From NCBI GenBank assembly GCA_910588195.1, contig CAJUPN010000002.1, positions 130,375 to 194,374 of the forward strand: a DNA stretch of 64,000 bases. The letters are read 5' to 3'. This document shows, one piece after another, positions 20,038-31,023 of the stretch. Under the pieces are notes generated by a model. The model saw only the letters and a program-made list of their open reading frames with translations, was not told the DNA's origin and ran no database searches. Made by a program: the position numbers and the translations under genes. Each line of letters opens with the position of its first letter. Positions within the stretch are counted from its first letter, which is position 1. The DNA comes from an uncultured Bacilli bacterium. GTDB lineage: Bacteria; Bacillota_I; Bacilli_A; RF39; UBA660.

Positions 20038-21598
20038 AGTAAGACAAATAAAAATAGATGCTCATTTAGATCAAAACAAAAATATCAAAAAAAAATTAGC
20101 ATCACGTCTAAAAATTAAAGAAAAAGAAATCCAAAACTATCAAATAAAAAAACAGTCATTAGATGCTCGAGATAAAAATATGATTTCTTATGTTTATGAT
20201 ATAGATGTTGAAGTACTTAATGAAGAGTACATTTTAAATTATAATAAAGATCTACTAATTACTAAAACGCCCAAAGAAGAATATCAAAAAATAGAAGCCT
20301 TAAATAAAAATATTGCACCAATAATTATTGGTTCTGGTCCTGCTGGTCTTTTTGCAGCACATACTTTTATTGAGTCTGGAATTATTCCAACTATTATTGA
20401 AAGAGGCGAAAAAATTGAAGAGAGAATAAATACAGTTAATAAATTTTGGGAAACTGGAATACTAAATGAAAACTCCAATGTTCAATTTGGTGAAGGGGGA
20501 GCAGGGACATTCTCTGATGGAAAACTTAATACACTTGTAAAAGATAAATTATTTTATGGGAAACATGTTTTAGAAACCTTTATAAAATTTGGTGCCCCAC
20601 CAGAGATACTTTATAACTATAAACCCCACATTGGTACAGATATTCTAAGAGAAGTTATTAAAAACATGCGTGAATATTTAATAAGCAAAGGAGCCATTTT
20701 TAAATACAATAGTTGTTTAACAGACATTATTATAAAAAATAATAAAATAAAAGAAATTGTTATAAATAATAAAGAAATTGTGCGTACTGACATTTTAATC
20801 TTAGCAATTGGGCACTCAGCACGAGACACCTTTAAATTACTAGCAGAAAAAGGACTAAAAATGGAAGCAAAACCTTTCGCGGTTGGTTATAGAATCGAAC
20901 ATCCTCAAGATATGATCAACGAAAGTCAGTATGGCAATTTTTACAAAAAAGATTTAGGGCCCGCAAACTATAAACTAACATACCAAAGTTCTAATTCCCT
21001 TGGGGTATATTCTTTCTGTATGTGTCCAGGAGGTTTTGTTGTTAATGCCTCAAGCGAAAATAACCGTCTTGCAGTGAATGGAATGAGTAATTATAAAAGA
21101 GATGAAGAAAATGCCAATAGTGCACTTATAGTTACTGTAAATGCCTCAACTTATGGCAGCGATTTATTCTCTGGCTTAAATTTCCAAGAAAATTTAGAGA
21201 AAACAGCTTATGAATTAGGTAAAGGTAGTATTCCAATTCAATTATTAAAAGACTATTATAACAATATCCCATCAACCAAATTAGGTAGTGTTAAACCATC
21301 CATGAAGGGAACCTATACATTAACCAACTTAAACAATTTACTTCCCCCTGAACTAAACTTCGCCTTAAAAGAAGCGATAGATAACTTTGATAAAAAAATT
21401 AAAAATTTTAAATATGATGACGCTATTCTTTCAGGTATTGAATCAAGAACATCTTCACCTATAAAAATATTGCGTGATTCGAATTTTTCTAGTAATATAG
21501 ATGGCATCTACCCATGTGGTGAAGGAGCAGGGTATGCTGGTGGCATCCAAACATCAGCTATAGATGGTATAAAAGTTGCTGAGGCAATCATGAAATAA
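20030..21598 (+). CDS. FAD-dependent protein (COG2509-like uncharacterised FAD-dependent dehydrogenase)
   Basis: Rossmann fold IIIGSGPAGLFAA. Conserved GEGGAGTFSDGKL and a C-terminal CGEGAGYAGGI block. Overlaps the previous gene. Confidence 0.7.
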   Translation: MIRVRQIKIDAHLDQNKNIKKKLASRLKIKEKEIQNYQIKKQSLDARDKNMISYVYDIDVEVLNEEYILNYNKDLLITKTPKEEYQKIEALNKNIAPIIIGSGPAGLFAAHTFIESGIIPTIIERGEKIEERINTVNKFWETGILNENSNVQFGEGGAGTFSDGKLNTLVKDKLFYGKHVLETFIKFGAPPEILYNYKPHIGTDILREVIKNMREYLISKGAIFKYNSCLTDIIIKNNKIKEIVINNKEIVRTDILILAIGHSARDTFKLLAEKGLKMEAKPFAVGYRIEHPQDMINESQYGNFYKKDLGPANYKLTYQSSNSLGVYSFCMCPGGFVVNASSENNRLAVNGMSNYKRDEENANSALIVTVNASTYGSDLFSGLNFQENLEKTAYELGKGSIPIQLLKDYYNNIPSTKLGSVKPSMKGTYTLTNLNNLLPPELNFALKEAIDNFDKKIKNFKYDDAILSGIESRTSSPIKILRDSNFSSNIDGIYPCGEGAGYAGGIQTSAIDGIKVAEAIMK

Positions 21599-21608
21599 GG
21601 AGTAATAT

Positions 21609-23126
21609 ATGGAAGAAACAGAAAATAATTATATAAGAATCTTATCTCATAAAAAAATTAAAATAAAAGATGAAATTCTGGATATTTTACATTTAGAGGA
21701 TGTAGCACTTGCTAAAAAAATAGAAAATAGTTATAAAATATTATCAGGAAAGTATACAGGGGAATTTATTGTTGAATTAAATCCCAATTTTGAAAAAGAA
21801 GATTTTGTTGCAAGTCCTTTAACTCTTGTCGAGAAAAATCTAATAACAAATTCTAATCCAACTGACACAAGTAAAATAACTTTAGAAAACTATTTACATA
21901 AATGTCCAGACTATGATTATTTTATTGCTAATGAAATAAATGGACAAGTGTTCTTAAGAGAGGTTCTTCAAAACGAAGAAATAAAAGAAGCATTCAAAAT
22001 TAGTGCTCCACCATCTGTTTCTGAAAAGCTTTCCGACTTAATTACACAGTCAACATTAAATAGGACAAATAGTTTTAAAATTGATAAAGAAACAATGGCA
22101 AAAATATTAGGAAAATCAGATTCTCTTCACAAGCAAAGTGAAACCAAACAAATAAAAAGTTTTGCCGATTATAATATAAATGAAAAGTTTAAATTATTAA
22201 CACAAAAGATAATTGGATTAGATGATGAAATAAAAATTGTTTTAGCCAATATTGTCAAAAATATATCCCTTTCCTATAGTCCATTACCGCCAGATAAAGT
22301 AAGAGAATTAAAAAGTACTTTAATGATTTTAGGTGCATCAGGAACAGGGAAAACATTTCTTATCAAAAGTATCGCTGATCTCTTTGATGTTCCAATTATT
22401 TTAACTGATGCAACTAGGTATACTCCAGCTTCTTATCAAGGGGCAAATGTTGAAGATATTTTAGTTGATCTCTATTTAGCATCAGGTGAGGATAAAGAAG
22501 TATTTGAACATGGAATAATATTCATTGACGAATTCGATAAAATGTGTAAGAATTTTAATATACAAAGTGATGAAAATAAAAATATGACACTGCCTGAATT
22601 ATTCAGAGAAAGAACTCAAGGGCAGCATCTTAAAGAAATGTTACAAAATGAATTTTTATCTATTGTTCAAGGAACAGTAATTAACAAAAAAATTCGTGAT
22701 GGTTTTATAGAAAAAAATATCTCTCTAGATACATCAAAAATAACTTTTGTTTTTGCTGGAGCCTTTGAAGAAATAATAAAAAGAGAAAACATAAGTACAA
22801 ATGATTTAATTGAGTATGGTATGATTCCGCAGCTAGCAAAACGAATTCATTCACTTATAAAAACTAAGCTGCCTACAAAAGAAGACTTAAGAAATGCTCT
22901 TACAAAAGGAGAATACAGTTACGTAAAATTATTTGAAGAATATCTAGGTATATACAATATAAAATTAGAAGTAAATGAGGATTTTTATGATTATATAGTA
23001 GAAAGAGCATATGAATTAGAAAGTGGTTATCGTGGTTTAAGTATTGCCTTAACAGAGTACCTAAATAAGCATTTATATGATATCTATAGTAGTAAACAAG
23101 ATGTAGTAAAGCTACAAATACAATAA
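21609..23126 (+). CDS. ClpX/HslU-family AAA+ unfoldase-like protein with a non-canonical N-terminal domain
   Basis: The AAA+ module is collinear with ClpX ([10 protein letters not shown], pore-1 [13 protein letters not shown] Walker [15 protein letters not shown], sensor-2 GYRGLS). There is no N-terminal C4 zinc finger and no IGF loop. The first 230 aa or so are unrecognised. Confidence 0.6.
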   Translation: MEETENNYIRILSHKKIKIKDEILDILHLEDVALAKKIENSYKILSGKYTGEFIVELNPNFEKEDFVASPLTLVEKNLITNSNPTDTSKITLENYLHKCPDYDYFIANEINGQVFLREVLQNEEIKEAFKISAPPSVSEKLSDLITQSTLNRTNSFKIDKETMAKILGKSDSLHKQSETKQIKSFADYNINEKFKLLTQKIIGLDDEIKIVLANIVKNISLSYSPLPPDKVRELKSTLMILGASGTGKTFLIKSIADLFDVPIILTDATRYTPASYQGANVEDILVDLYLASGEDKEVFEHGIIFIDEFDKMCKNFNIQSDENKNMTLPELFRERTQGQHLKEMLQNEFLSIVQGTVINKKIRDGFIEKNISLDTSKITFVFAGAFEEIIKRENISTNDLIEYGMIPQLAKRIHSLIKTKLPTKEDLRNALTKGEYSYVKLFEEYLGIYNIKLEVNEDFYDYIVERAYELESGYRGLSIALTEYLNKHLYDIYSSKQDVVKLQIQ

Positions 23127-23157
23127 ATTATTTGATATAATGAATAAGGTGATTTTT

Positions 23158-24954
23158 ATGGATTTAAGCCGTATTAGAAATTTTAGTATTATTGCACATA
23201 TTGACCATGGGAAGTCAACACTGGCTGACCGAATTTTAGAGATAACTGGTGCTGTCGATAAACATGATATGAAAAACCAATTACTTGATAGTATGGATCT
23301 TGAAAGAGAACGTGGTATCACTATTAAACTAAATGCTGTTGAGTTAAATTATAAATATAAAAACGAAGATTATATATTACATTTAATTGATACCCCAGGG
23401 CATGTTGACTTTTCTTATGAAGTTTCACGTAGTTTAGCTGCCTGTGAAGGAGCAATTTTAATTGTTGATGCAGCTCAAGGAATAGAAGCCCAAACCTTAG
23501 CAAATCTTTATCTTGCTCTAAATAATGACTTAACAATCATTCCAGTCATTAATAAAATAGATCTACCAAATGCTGATGTGCCAAAAATAACAAAGGAATT
23601 AGTAGACGTCTTAGGTTTTAACGAAGAAGATATTTTATTATGTTCAGGCAAGACTGGTCTTGGAGTAGACAAACTATTAGAAGCAATAGTTGAACGTATT
23701 CCTGCTCCAAAAGAACCAAAAACTAATGAAACAAAAGCTATGATTTTTGATTCTTACTTTGATCCTTACCGTGGCGTTATAGCTTCCATTAGAGTTTTTA
23801 GTGGAGAAATAACAAAAAAAGACATTATTAAAATGATGGCAACTAATGCAGAATATGAAGTAGTAGAACTAGGAGTTAACACTCCAAAATCTAAACAATT
23901 AGATAAGCTTGTAACAGGACAAGTTGGTTGGATAAATGCTTCTATAAAAACAATAGATACAGTAAATGTTGGAGATACAATTACTACTAAATCTAAAGAA
24001 GCATCATCACCACTTCCAGGGTATCAACCAATGAAGCCAATGGTCTATTCAGGATTATTTCCTATTGAACCAAATAAATTTGAAATGCTAAAAGAAGCAC
24101 TAGAAAAATTAAAATTAAATGATGCATCATTATCATTTGAACCAGAAACTTCAGATGCCTTAGGTTTTGGATTCCGTTGTGGTTTTTTAGGACTTCTTCA
24201 TATGGAAATTATTGAAGAAAGAATAACAAGAGAATTTGGTATCGAAATTATCGCTACCTCTCCATCAGTAATATATGAAATAGAATTAACTAATGGGGAT
24301 ACATTCTATCTTGATAGTCCAACAAAAATGCCAGATCGTGCCAAAATAAAAGAAATCAGAGAACCTTTTATTACGACTAATATTTTCGTCCCTGGTGAAT
24401 ATATAGGCGCTATTATGGAATTATGTCAAGATAAACGAGGAGTATATAAATCATTAGAATACATAAATGATACTAGGGTCAACATTCATTATGATTTACC
24501 ATTATCCGAAATAGTATATGATTTCTTTGACAGATTAAAATCCAGTACCAAAGGATATGCCTCATTTGACTATGAAATTTGTGGCTATAAAGCTCAGGAT
24601 TTAGTAAAAATGGATATTTTAATCAACGGAGATATTGTTGATGCATTATCATTAATAGTACATAAAGACTTTGCTTATCAAAGAGGTAAAAAGATTGTAG
24701 AAAATCTAAAAGAGATAATTCCAAGACAATTATTCCAAGTGCCATTACAAGCTAGTATTGGTTCAAAAGTTATCGCAAGAGAAACTATTTCACAAATGCG
24801 AAAAAATGTTTTGGCAAAATGTTATGGTGGAGATATATCTCGAAAAAGAAAATTATTAGAAGCTCAAAAAGAAGGTAAAAAGAAAATGAAAATGGTTGGA
24901 TCAGTTGAAATCCCACCAGAAGCTTTCTTAAGTGTTTTAAAGACAGAAAAATAA
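23158..24954 (+). CDS. lepA: Elongation factor 4 (translational GTPase LepA)
   Basis: [24 protein letters not shown]...[16 protein letters not shown]...C-terminal LepA-specific domain. The start is placed at the ATG after the AAGGTGA RBS. The ORF track begins 18 nt earlier. Confidence 0.93.
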   Translation: MDLSRIRNFSIIAHIDHGKSTLADRILEITGAVDKHDMKNQLLDSMDLERERGITIKLNAVELNYKYKNEDYILHLIDTPGHVDFSYEVSRSLAACEGAILIVDAAQGIEAQTLANLYLALNNDLTIIPVINKIDLPNADVPKITKELVDVLGFNEEDILLCSGKTGLGVDKLLEAIVERIPAPKEPKTNETKAMIFDSYFDPYRGVIASIRVFSGEITKKDIIKMMATNAEYEVVELGVNTPKSKQLDKLVTGQVGWINASIKTIDTVNVGDTITTKSKEASSPLPGYQPMKPMVYSGLFPIEPNKFEMLKEALEKLKLNDASLSFEPETSDALGFGFRCGFLGLLHMEIIEERITREFGIEIIATSPSVIYEIELTNGDTFYLDSPTKMPDRAKIKEIREPFITTNIFVPGEYIGAIMELCQDKRGVYKSLEYINDTRVNIHYDLPLSEIVYDFFDRLKSSTKGYASFDYEICGYKAQDLVKMDILINGDIVDALSLIVHKDFAYQRGKKIVENLKEIIPRQLFQVPLQASIGSKVIARETISQMRKNVLAKCYGGDISRKRKLLEAQKEGKKKMKMVGSVEIPPEAFLSVLKTEK

Positions 24955-24978
24955 GACAAGTAAAATCTTGTCTTTTTA
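24954..24978 (+). terminator. intrinsic terminator after lepA
   Basis: Hairpin agacaag-taaaat-cttgtct followed by TTTTT. Confidence 0.6.
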
Positions 24979-25093
24979 TATTTTAAAAAAAGTGTATAAT
25001 TAAAATAAACTAACTAAATAATTACTAAACATTTAGAAGAATAATGATAATCTATAAATAAAGGAAGTCAAACATCTAAAAAGGAGAGATATT

Positions 25094-26080
25094 ATGATAA
25101 AATTAAATTCAGTCACAAAGAAAATAAACTTAGATCATGTAAGATTAATTCTGTCTTTTTTTATAATCGCAATACACACATACCCATTATCTTTTTTAGG
25201 AGATTTTCAAGATTATTTATTTACAAGAATTATTTTTAGAATAGCTGTTCCATTATATTTAATGATTACAGGCTACTATATATTAAAAAAATCTCTAAAA
25301 CAAAAAGAAGTGCTAATAAATTATTTTAAAAAAATTTCAATTATTTATTTATATTCTATTATTATTTATAGCATTTTTTTAATAAAAAACTTTTCTAATT
25401 GGCAAGTCTTTTTAAGAGATATTTTCTTTACTGGACCATTTTATCATCTATGGTATTTTCCAGCACTTATCTTAGGAATTATCACCACATATTATATTAT
25501 TAAATATATTCCTGAAAAATATCAAATAATCATTTGTGCAATTTTGTACTTTATAGGTATTTTAGGAGATAATTATTATGGTTTTTTACATACAGCTGAT
25601 ATATTTACAAGTTTTTATAAGTTTGTAGCAAACATTACAGGATATACAAGAAACTTCTTATTTTATGTACCTATATTTTTAATGTTAGGATATAAAATTT
25701 CTAAAGAAGAGAAAAGTATTGAAAAAAGAGCAAATATTATTTATATTATTAAATTCTTAATACTTATGATACTAGAAGGGACTCTTATTTATAGATATTC
25801 AACTCCATTACATACAAGTATGTATTTTGCTTTACCATTCTTATCTTATTTTATATTTAAATATCTCATAACTTATTTAAATAAAGAGACTAACAAAAAT
25901 ATACGAGAAGCTTCAACAATTATCTACATAATACACCCTTGGTTTATTATAATTTTAACTAAAATAAATATCATAAAAAATAGTTTAGTATTCCATTTAA
26001 TCATATGTTTATTTTCCTATTTAATATCTCTATTATATTTAAAAATAAAGAGACAAATTCAAAAATTACATCTCACTTGA
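25094..26080 (+). CDS. polytopic membrane protein, possibly acyltransferase-3 family
   Basis: About 10 TM helices. The N-terminal RLILSFFIIAIHT resembles the acyltransferase_3 motif. Weak call. Confidence 0.4.
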   Translation: MIKLNSVTKKINLDHVRLILSFFIIAIHTYPLSFLGDFQDYLFTRIIFRIAVPLYLMITGYYILKKSLKQKEVLINYFKKISIIYLYSIIIYSIFLIKNFSNWQVFLRDIFFTGPFYHLWYFPALILGIITTYYIIKYIPEKYQIIICAILYFIGILGDNYYGFLHTADIFTSFYKFVANITGYTRNFLFYVPIFLMLGYKISKEEKSIEKRANIIYIIKFLILMILEGTLIYRYSTPLHTSMYFALPFLSYFIFKYLITYLNKETNKNIREASTIIYIIHPWFIIILTKINIIKNSLVFHLIICLFSYLISLLYLKIKRQIQKLHLT

Positions 26081-26122
26081 GTTTTTACTTATTTTATTAT
26101 AAAATTCTAGTAGGGTGGTAGT

Positions 26123-27205
26123 ATGGAAGCAGTTTATATACATATTCCTTTTTGTAAGCATATATGTGCTTACTGTGATTTTCCAAAAGTATTACATATT
26201 GATTCCTTTGTTGAGGATTACCTTGAGAGTTTAAAAAAAGAAATTGAAGATAACTATGAGGGTGAACGTATAAAAAGCATATATATTGGTGGAGGCACTC
26301 CGTCATGTATGACAAAAAAAGAAAGAATTAAACTATTTAGAATTCTAAGTATATTTAATTTAACGCCAGATTGTGAATATACTTTTGAGATAAATCCCAA
26401 CGACATCGACGAAGATTTGCTTGATGATATTGTTGCTGGTGGCGTTAATAGAGTAAGCATTGGTGTTGAATCTTTTGATTTAGATAAATTAAAAATTCTT
26501 GAAAGAGAAGCAAACTATGAAGATTTAGAACATAAATTAGATTTAATCCGTAAAAGAGGAATTGAAAATATTAATCTTGATTTAATGTATGCTGTCCCTG
26601 GGGAGAAATTAAATGTATTAAAACAAGATATAAAAAAACTTATTAGTCTTAAACCAACACATATCTCAACATACTCACTGATACTTGAAGATCATACAAA
26701 ACTTAAAAATAAAAATGTTGAATATATTAATGAAGATTTAGATCGAAAAATGTATGATACTATATGTGATAAACTAAAGAAAGCAGGATATGTTCATTAT
26801 GAAGTTAGTAACTTTGCCATTGCAGGCTGTGAATCTAAACATAATTTAAATTATTGGAACAATGATGAATACTATGGGTTTGGCTTAGGAGCTTCGGGAT
26901 ACAAAGATGCCTTTAGATATACAAACACAAGAAACTTACACGAATATATTGAAGGAAAATATCGCCAAGAATCACTTCTTATGAGCTATAAAGATCAAAT
27001 GGATAATGAGCTAATGCTAGGATTTCGTAAACTTAAAGGGATAAATGTTGATGATTTTTACAATAAATATGGTGAGAATATTCAAGATGTTTACCCAGTA
27101 AAGGAACTAATGGCCGAAAACAACTTAATTTATCGCAAAGGATATTTATATATTCCACCAGAGAAAATATATGTTATGAATGAAATACTTCTTAAATTAA
27201 TATAA
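26123..27205 (+). CDS. hemW: Radical SAM heme chaperone HemW (oxygen-independent coproporphyrinogen-III oxidase-like)
   Basis: HIPFCKHICAYCDF CxxxCxxC motif. Conserved lepA-hemN/hemW adjacency as in B. subtilis. Confidence 0.8.
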   Translation: MEAVYIHIPFCKHICAYCDFPKVLHIDSFVEDYLESLKKEIEDNYEGERIKSIYIGGGTPSCMTKKERIKLFRILSIFNLTPDCEYTFEINPNDIDEDLLDDIVAGGVNRVSIGVESFDLDKLKILEREANYEDLEHKLDLIRKRGIENINLDLMYAVPGEKLNVLKQDIKKLISLKPTHISTYSLILEDHTKLKNKNVEYINEDLDRKMYDTICDKLKKAGYVHYEVSNFAIAGCESKHNLNYWNNDEYYGFGLGASGYKDAFRYTNTRNLHEYIEGKYRQESLLMSYKDQMDNELMLGFRKLKGINVDDFYNKYGENIQDVYPVKELMAENNLIYRKGYLYIPPEKIYVMNEILLKLI

Positions 27206-27264
27206 TGATATTGAAAAAAAAAGAATAATTTGTTAGAATTACAATTAAGATAGAAGGGTATGTA

Positions 27265-28806
27265 ATGAAAAGAATAAACAAATTAATTATAATGGGGATA
27301 GTAGCACTTAGTATTGCATTACCTATGCATGCCAATGCTGCAACACTAAAGTTAGATAATGCAAATAGAACAAATGATAAAGGAGTGTTAAAATTTCCTT
27401 TACTGATTGAAGTAAAAGATGGAGAAAAAATATCTAGTGTCGATGTAGATTGCAACTGCGGTGGCGATTTAGATTCTGAATGTACATTTGAAAAAAAAGA
27501 TGGAGCACCAGTAGTTTTTAAAGATAAGTTTTTTAGTTATCATGATGTCGTTGATGGAACAATAAAATCTAATTTTCCTGCTGGAACTACAGAAATTGGT
27601 TATTTAGTTATAAAAAATAATCTTGCTTCACAAAGAAGCTTAACATTCTCTGTAACTAGCAAGACTGTAACTTCAAGTATAACTAATAACACTGTAAATA
27701 TTTCAGCAAAAGAAGAAGCAAGACCCAAAAGTCATGATGCAACTTTAAAAAGTCTTAAACCATCTCAAGGAACAATGGCTCCTGAATTTAATCCTAATAT
27801 TTTTGAATATACAGTTTATGGTATAGCTGATACCATTAATTCTGTAAATATAAATTGGGAATGTAATGCCAATCAATGTGATGCTCAAATTGCAGGAGCT
27901 AGTGGAAGAAAAGTTAGTCTAAAGCAAGGTGAGAACAGAGTTGAAGTTGTAGTTGACAGTGAGGCTGGAGACCCAGCTGATACAAAAACATATGTATTAA
28001 ATATAATTAGAGGAGATAATGGCTATAATTCAGCAAACTTATCAAATCTTTCCTTTGGTGATTATACTTTAACACCAGCTTTCAAAAGTGATGTTACTGA
28101 ATATACTTTAACTGTTCCAAATGCTGTTACATCTGTTATAGGTGTTCTAAAATTTGAAAAAGCTGATCCAAATGCTAAAGAAGTTTTAAATGGCTTTGAT
28201 AACTTTATTGTTGGTGAAAATAAAGCTACAATTACTATTGATAATGTCAATGGGGACCAATCTGTAACTTATACGATAAATATCACACGCATGAGTGACA
28301 CAGATATTGAAATATTAAAATATATAAATAATGAGATAACATTCCGTGATTCAGAAGGAATTCAAAATACTTTATCTGAAGAAGATTTTAAGGTTCAATA
28401 CGCTGACGAATGGAAAAAAATTGAAGATGGAATTTACAAATTCGATGAAGATGGTAATATAGTTACAGAAGAAGAAAAAGAAGAGGAAAAAAAACCAAAG
28501 AAAAAGAATAACACATGGATTATTATTACTATCATTATTGTAGGTCTATTAATTATAGGTATTTCTGGATTCTTTATATTCAAGAAGAAAAAACCAAACA
28601 ATAAAGACGATAACAACAGCTCAGGAACACCAGAAAACGATTCTAAAGAAACAGAAGAAAATTCTGATGAAATAGATGAAAGTAATATCGAAGAGGATGC
28701 TATAAAAGAAGAACAAAAAGATAAAAATAGTGATACTATGGATATTGATGAAGCATTGGTAGATTTGATGAGTACTAAAAAATACGATTTTAAAGATGAA
28801 GATTAG
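27265..28806 (+). CDS. Cell-surface protein with cadherin-like repeats, a C-terminal TM anchor and an acidic tail
   Basis: Signal peptide (ALSIALPMHANA). Repeats LKSLKPSQGTMAPEFNPNIFEYTV and LSNLSFGDYTLTPAFKSDVTEYTL. TM WIIITIIIVGLLIIGISGFFIF, then a D/E-rich cytoplasmic tail. Confidence 0.65.
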   Translation: MKRINKLIIMGIVALSIALPMHANAATLKLDNANRTNDKGVLKFPLLIEVKDGEKISSVDVDCNCGGDLDSECTFEKKDGAPVVFKDKFFSYHDVVDGTIKSNFPAGTTEIGYLVIKNNLASQRSLTFSVTSKTVTSSITNNTVNISAKEEARPKSHDATLKSLKPSQGTMAPEFNPNIFEYTVYGIADTINSVNINWECNANQCDAQIAGASGRKVSLKQGENRVEVVVDSEAGDPADTKTYVLNIIRGDNGYNSANLSNLSFGDYTLTPAFKSDVTEYTLTVPNAVTSVIGVLKFEKADPNAKEVLNGFDNFIVGENKATITIDNVNGDQSVTYTINITRMSDTDIEILKYINNEITFRDSEGIQNTLSEEDFKVQYADEWKKIEDGIYKFDEDGNIVTEEEKEEEKKPKKKNNTWIIITIIIVGLLIIGISGFFIFKKKKPNNKDDNNSSGTPENDSKETEENSDEIDESNIEEDAIKEEQKDKNSDTMDIDEALVDLMSTKKYDFKDED

Positions 28807-28878
28807 ATTCTTCATCTTATTTTATTGCAAAAAAATTTAATAAAGATTATAATAGCAACCTGAAATGAGGAATTTATA

Positions 28879-29988
28879 ATGTTAAAACTAAAAAACAGGA
28901 GAAAATCTACACTTGCATTATTCAGTTTATGCCTTCTTACTTTAACTGGTTGTCAAAACAAAAGCACTATTGCTGAAAGTGAAGAATCAATAACAGAAGA
29001 AACAATTGATGAATCTTTTTTGTTATCTCTATCAGAAGAAGATCTAGAATTAGATTGTGATATAAGAGATGAATACATAAGCATAAAGGACTATAATCAT
29101 GGACATTCTGTTGCCCCAGAAAACATGTATGATGATATTAATGAAGCTTTAAACTCCAATGAAATTGATTCATTAATGCTAGCAGAATTAGGTAAATCGT
29201 GCGATGTTAGCAAAATTGATATTTCAAATATTAAGAATCTATGGGTAACTCTACCTAGAGAAGATTTTAATTATCAACCATTATATAATCAAACTTATAA
29301 CCTAGTTAATATAAAAATTTCTGAAAAATCAAATGTCGAAGAGCTTAAAAACTTTCTAAATAATATAAATTATGAGAGTACAGTAATAGATCTTAATGTA
29401 TCAGCTCTAGAAAATCCTCAACAAGAAAAAGAAATACTAGACGTCTTAAATGAAAAAAAAGGTATATTAAGCCTTTATTTACATACTAGTAGCTGCGAAA
29501 AATTTGATTTTAATAACTTATATGCAAAAGACCTAAACGTTTCCTGTGACGTATCGGATTTATTATTAAATTTTGAAATTAATTTAAATAGAAATATTAA
29601 AGTATTTACTATTATGCCAGTTTACGATGAAGATTTCGACTCTGACGTTGCTTTAGGAAAATTAAAGATTAATTCTTCAAATCCTAATTTAGAAATAAAT
29701 TATTTTCTTTGGAAAGACAAAGATGAATGTTTTAAAGCGAAAATCAATAAAGGAACAAGTTTTGAAATTGAAACAAATGCAGTTTTTCACATAATGGGAG
29801 TAGATATAAAAAGTTTAACAGACGAAGAGTTTGCAGTATTTGACGATATAATGAATGTCTATATTGATAATTGGGAGAATCGAGACATCTTCTTCTTCTA
29901 TAGTAAAGATTATATATCATTAGAAGAAGCCATAAAAAGCTATCGATTATTGACGCAAGAAAAAGGTCGAGTTTTAAGCCCAAACTAG
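28879..29988 (+). CDS. lipoprotein (369 aa), function unknown
   Basis: Lipobox LTLTGC after a signal peptide. Acidic mature protein. Confidence 0.55.
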   Translation: MLKLKNRRKSTLALFSLCLLTLTGCQNKSTIAESEESITEETIDESFLLSLSEEDLELDCDIRDEYISIKDYNHGHSVAPENMYDDINEALNSNEIDSLMLAELGKSCDVSKIDISNIKNLWVTLPREDFNYQPLYNQTYNLVNIKISEKSNVEELKNFLNNINYESTVIDLNVSALENPQQEKEILDVLNEKKGILSLYLHTSSCEKFDFNNLYAKDLNVSCDVSDLLLNFEINLNRNIKVFTIMPVYDEDFDSDVALGKLKINSSNPNLEINYFLWKDKDECFKAKINKGTSFEIETNAVFHIMGVDIKSLTDEEFAVFDDIMNVYIDNWENRDIFFFYSKDYISLEEAIKSYRLLTQEKGRVLSPN

Positions 29989-30009
29989 TATTTTATTGCC
30001 AAAAAATTC

Positions 30010-30038
30010 TTGCAAACTACGAAAAAGTGTATTATAAT
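30010..30038 (+). promoter_or_regulatory. sigma-A-type promoter for rpsU
   Basis: TTGCAA, 17 nt spacer, TATAAT. The RBS GAGGAGGG and the rpsU ATG follow. Confidence 0.6.
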
Positions 30039-30066
30039 ACAATTGAACTGAGAGGAGGGCAGCAAA

Positions 30067-30258
30067 ATGACAAAAGTTGAAGTTAAAAATGGCGATATAA
30101 ACGGTGCATTGAAAAGATTTAAGATGAAAGTCGCTAAATCTGGTGTCCCTTCTGAACTTAAAAAACACAAAGAATATAAAAAACCTGGCGTAAAAAGAAG
30201 AGAAGCAAAGAAAGAAATGATAAAGAATTCTCGTAAGAGAAACAAAAAAAGAGGGTAG
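30067..30258 (+). CDS. rpsU: 30S ribosomal protein S21
   Basis: MTKVEVKNGDINGALKRFK...RREAKKE...RKRNKKRG is the typical bS21 sequence. Confidence 0.9.
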   Translation: MTKVEVKNGDINGALKRFKMKVAKSGVPSELKKHKEYKKPGVKRREAKKEMIKNSRKRNKKRG

Positions 30259-30297
30259 TTAATTACTTTCTTTTTATTTATAAGAGGGAGAATAAAT

Positions 30298-30735
30298 ATG
30301 TTTAATACTATAAAATGTGATTTAACTAACGCAATGAAAGAAAAAGATAAGTTTAAACTTGATTGTATACGTATGTTAAAAAGTTCGTTACAAATGGAAG
30401 AAATAAACTTAAAACACGAACTAACTGATGATGAAATTTTAGCTGTCATTAAAAGAGAAGTGAAAAAACGTAACTCATCTATCGAAGAATACAAGAAATA
30501 TGGGAAAGATGACGTAGTTATCTCTCTTCAAAAGGAAATTGATATCTTATCAGTTTATTTACCAGAAGAACTAAGTGATGATGAATTAATGAAGATAATT
30601 GAAGAGACTATAAAACAAGAAGAAGCCACATCTATAAAAGAAATGGGAAAAGTTGTAAAAACTATCGGAAACAATTATGGAGCTCAAGTTGATATGGCTA
30701 AAGTTTCTAGAATTGTTAAAGAAAAATTATCATAA
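30298..30735 (+). CDS. GatB/YqeY domain protein
   Basis: 145 aa, collinear with the YqeY family. Conserved rpsU-yqeY adjacency. Confidence 0.75.
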   Translation: MFNTIKCDLTNAMKEKDKFKLDCIRMLKSSLQMEEINLKHELTDDEILAVIKREVKKRNSSIEEYKKYGKDDVVISLQKEIDILSVYLPEELSDDELMKIIEETIKQEEATSIKEMGKVVKTIGNNYGAQVDMAKVSRIVKEKLS

Positions 30736-30777
30736 GCACCATATGTGCTTTTTTTTATGCAATAATCATATATTTTA

Positions 30778-31023
30778 ATGGTGAAAACTATGATAAATAT
30801 AATAAAATCATATTTTAAGAAGGAAAAATACTATGTGATTATAACGGATAACTCTCTTTATATAAAAAATTATAAAAAAGTGATTAACATAGAAGATAGT
30901 GAAGTATTAATAGAGATGCCCAAAATGATTATAAAAGTAACAGGTTCGTCTCTAATTTTAAAAAAAATAATTGGCCATGATCTTGCTATAAATGGAACCA
31001 TAGAAAGTGTAAAATATTTATGA
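30778..31023 (+). CDS. YqfC/YabP-family sporulation protein
   Basis: 81 aa. Position (after yqeY, before yqfD) and the pattern IEMPKMIIKVTGSSLILKKIIGHDLAINGTIESVKY fit YabP/YqfC. Confidence 0.6.
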   Translation: MVKTMINIIKSYFKKEKYYVIITDNSLYIKNYKKVINIEDSEVLIEMPKMIIKVTGSSLILKKIIGHDLAINGTIESVKYL

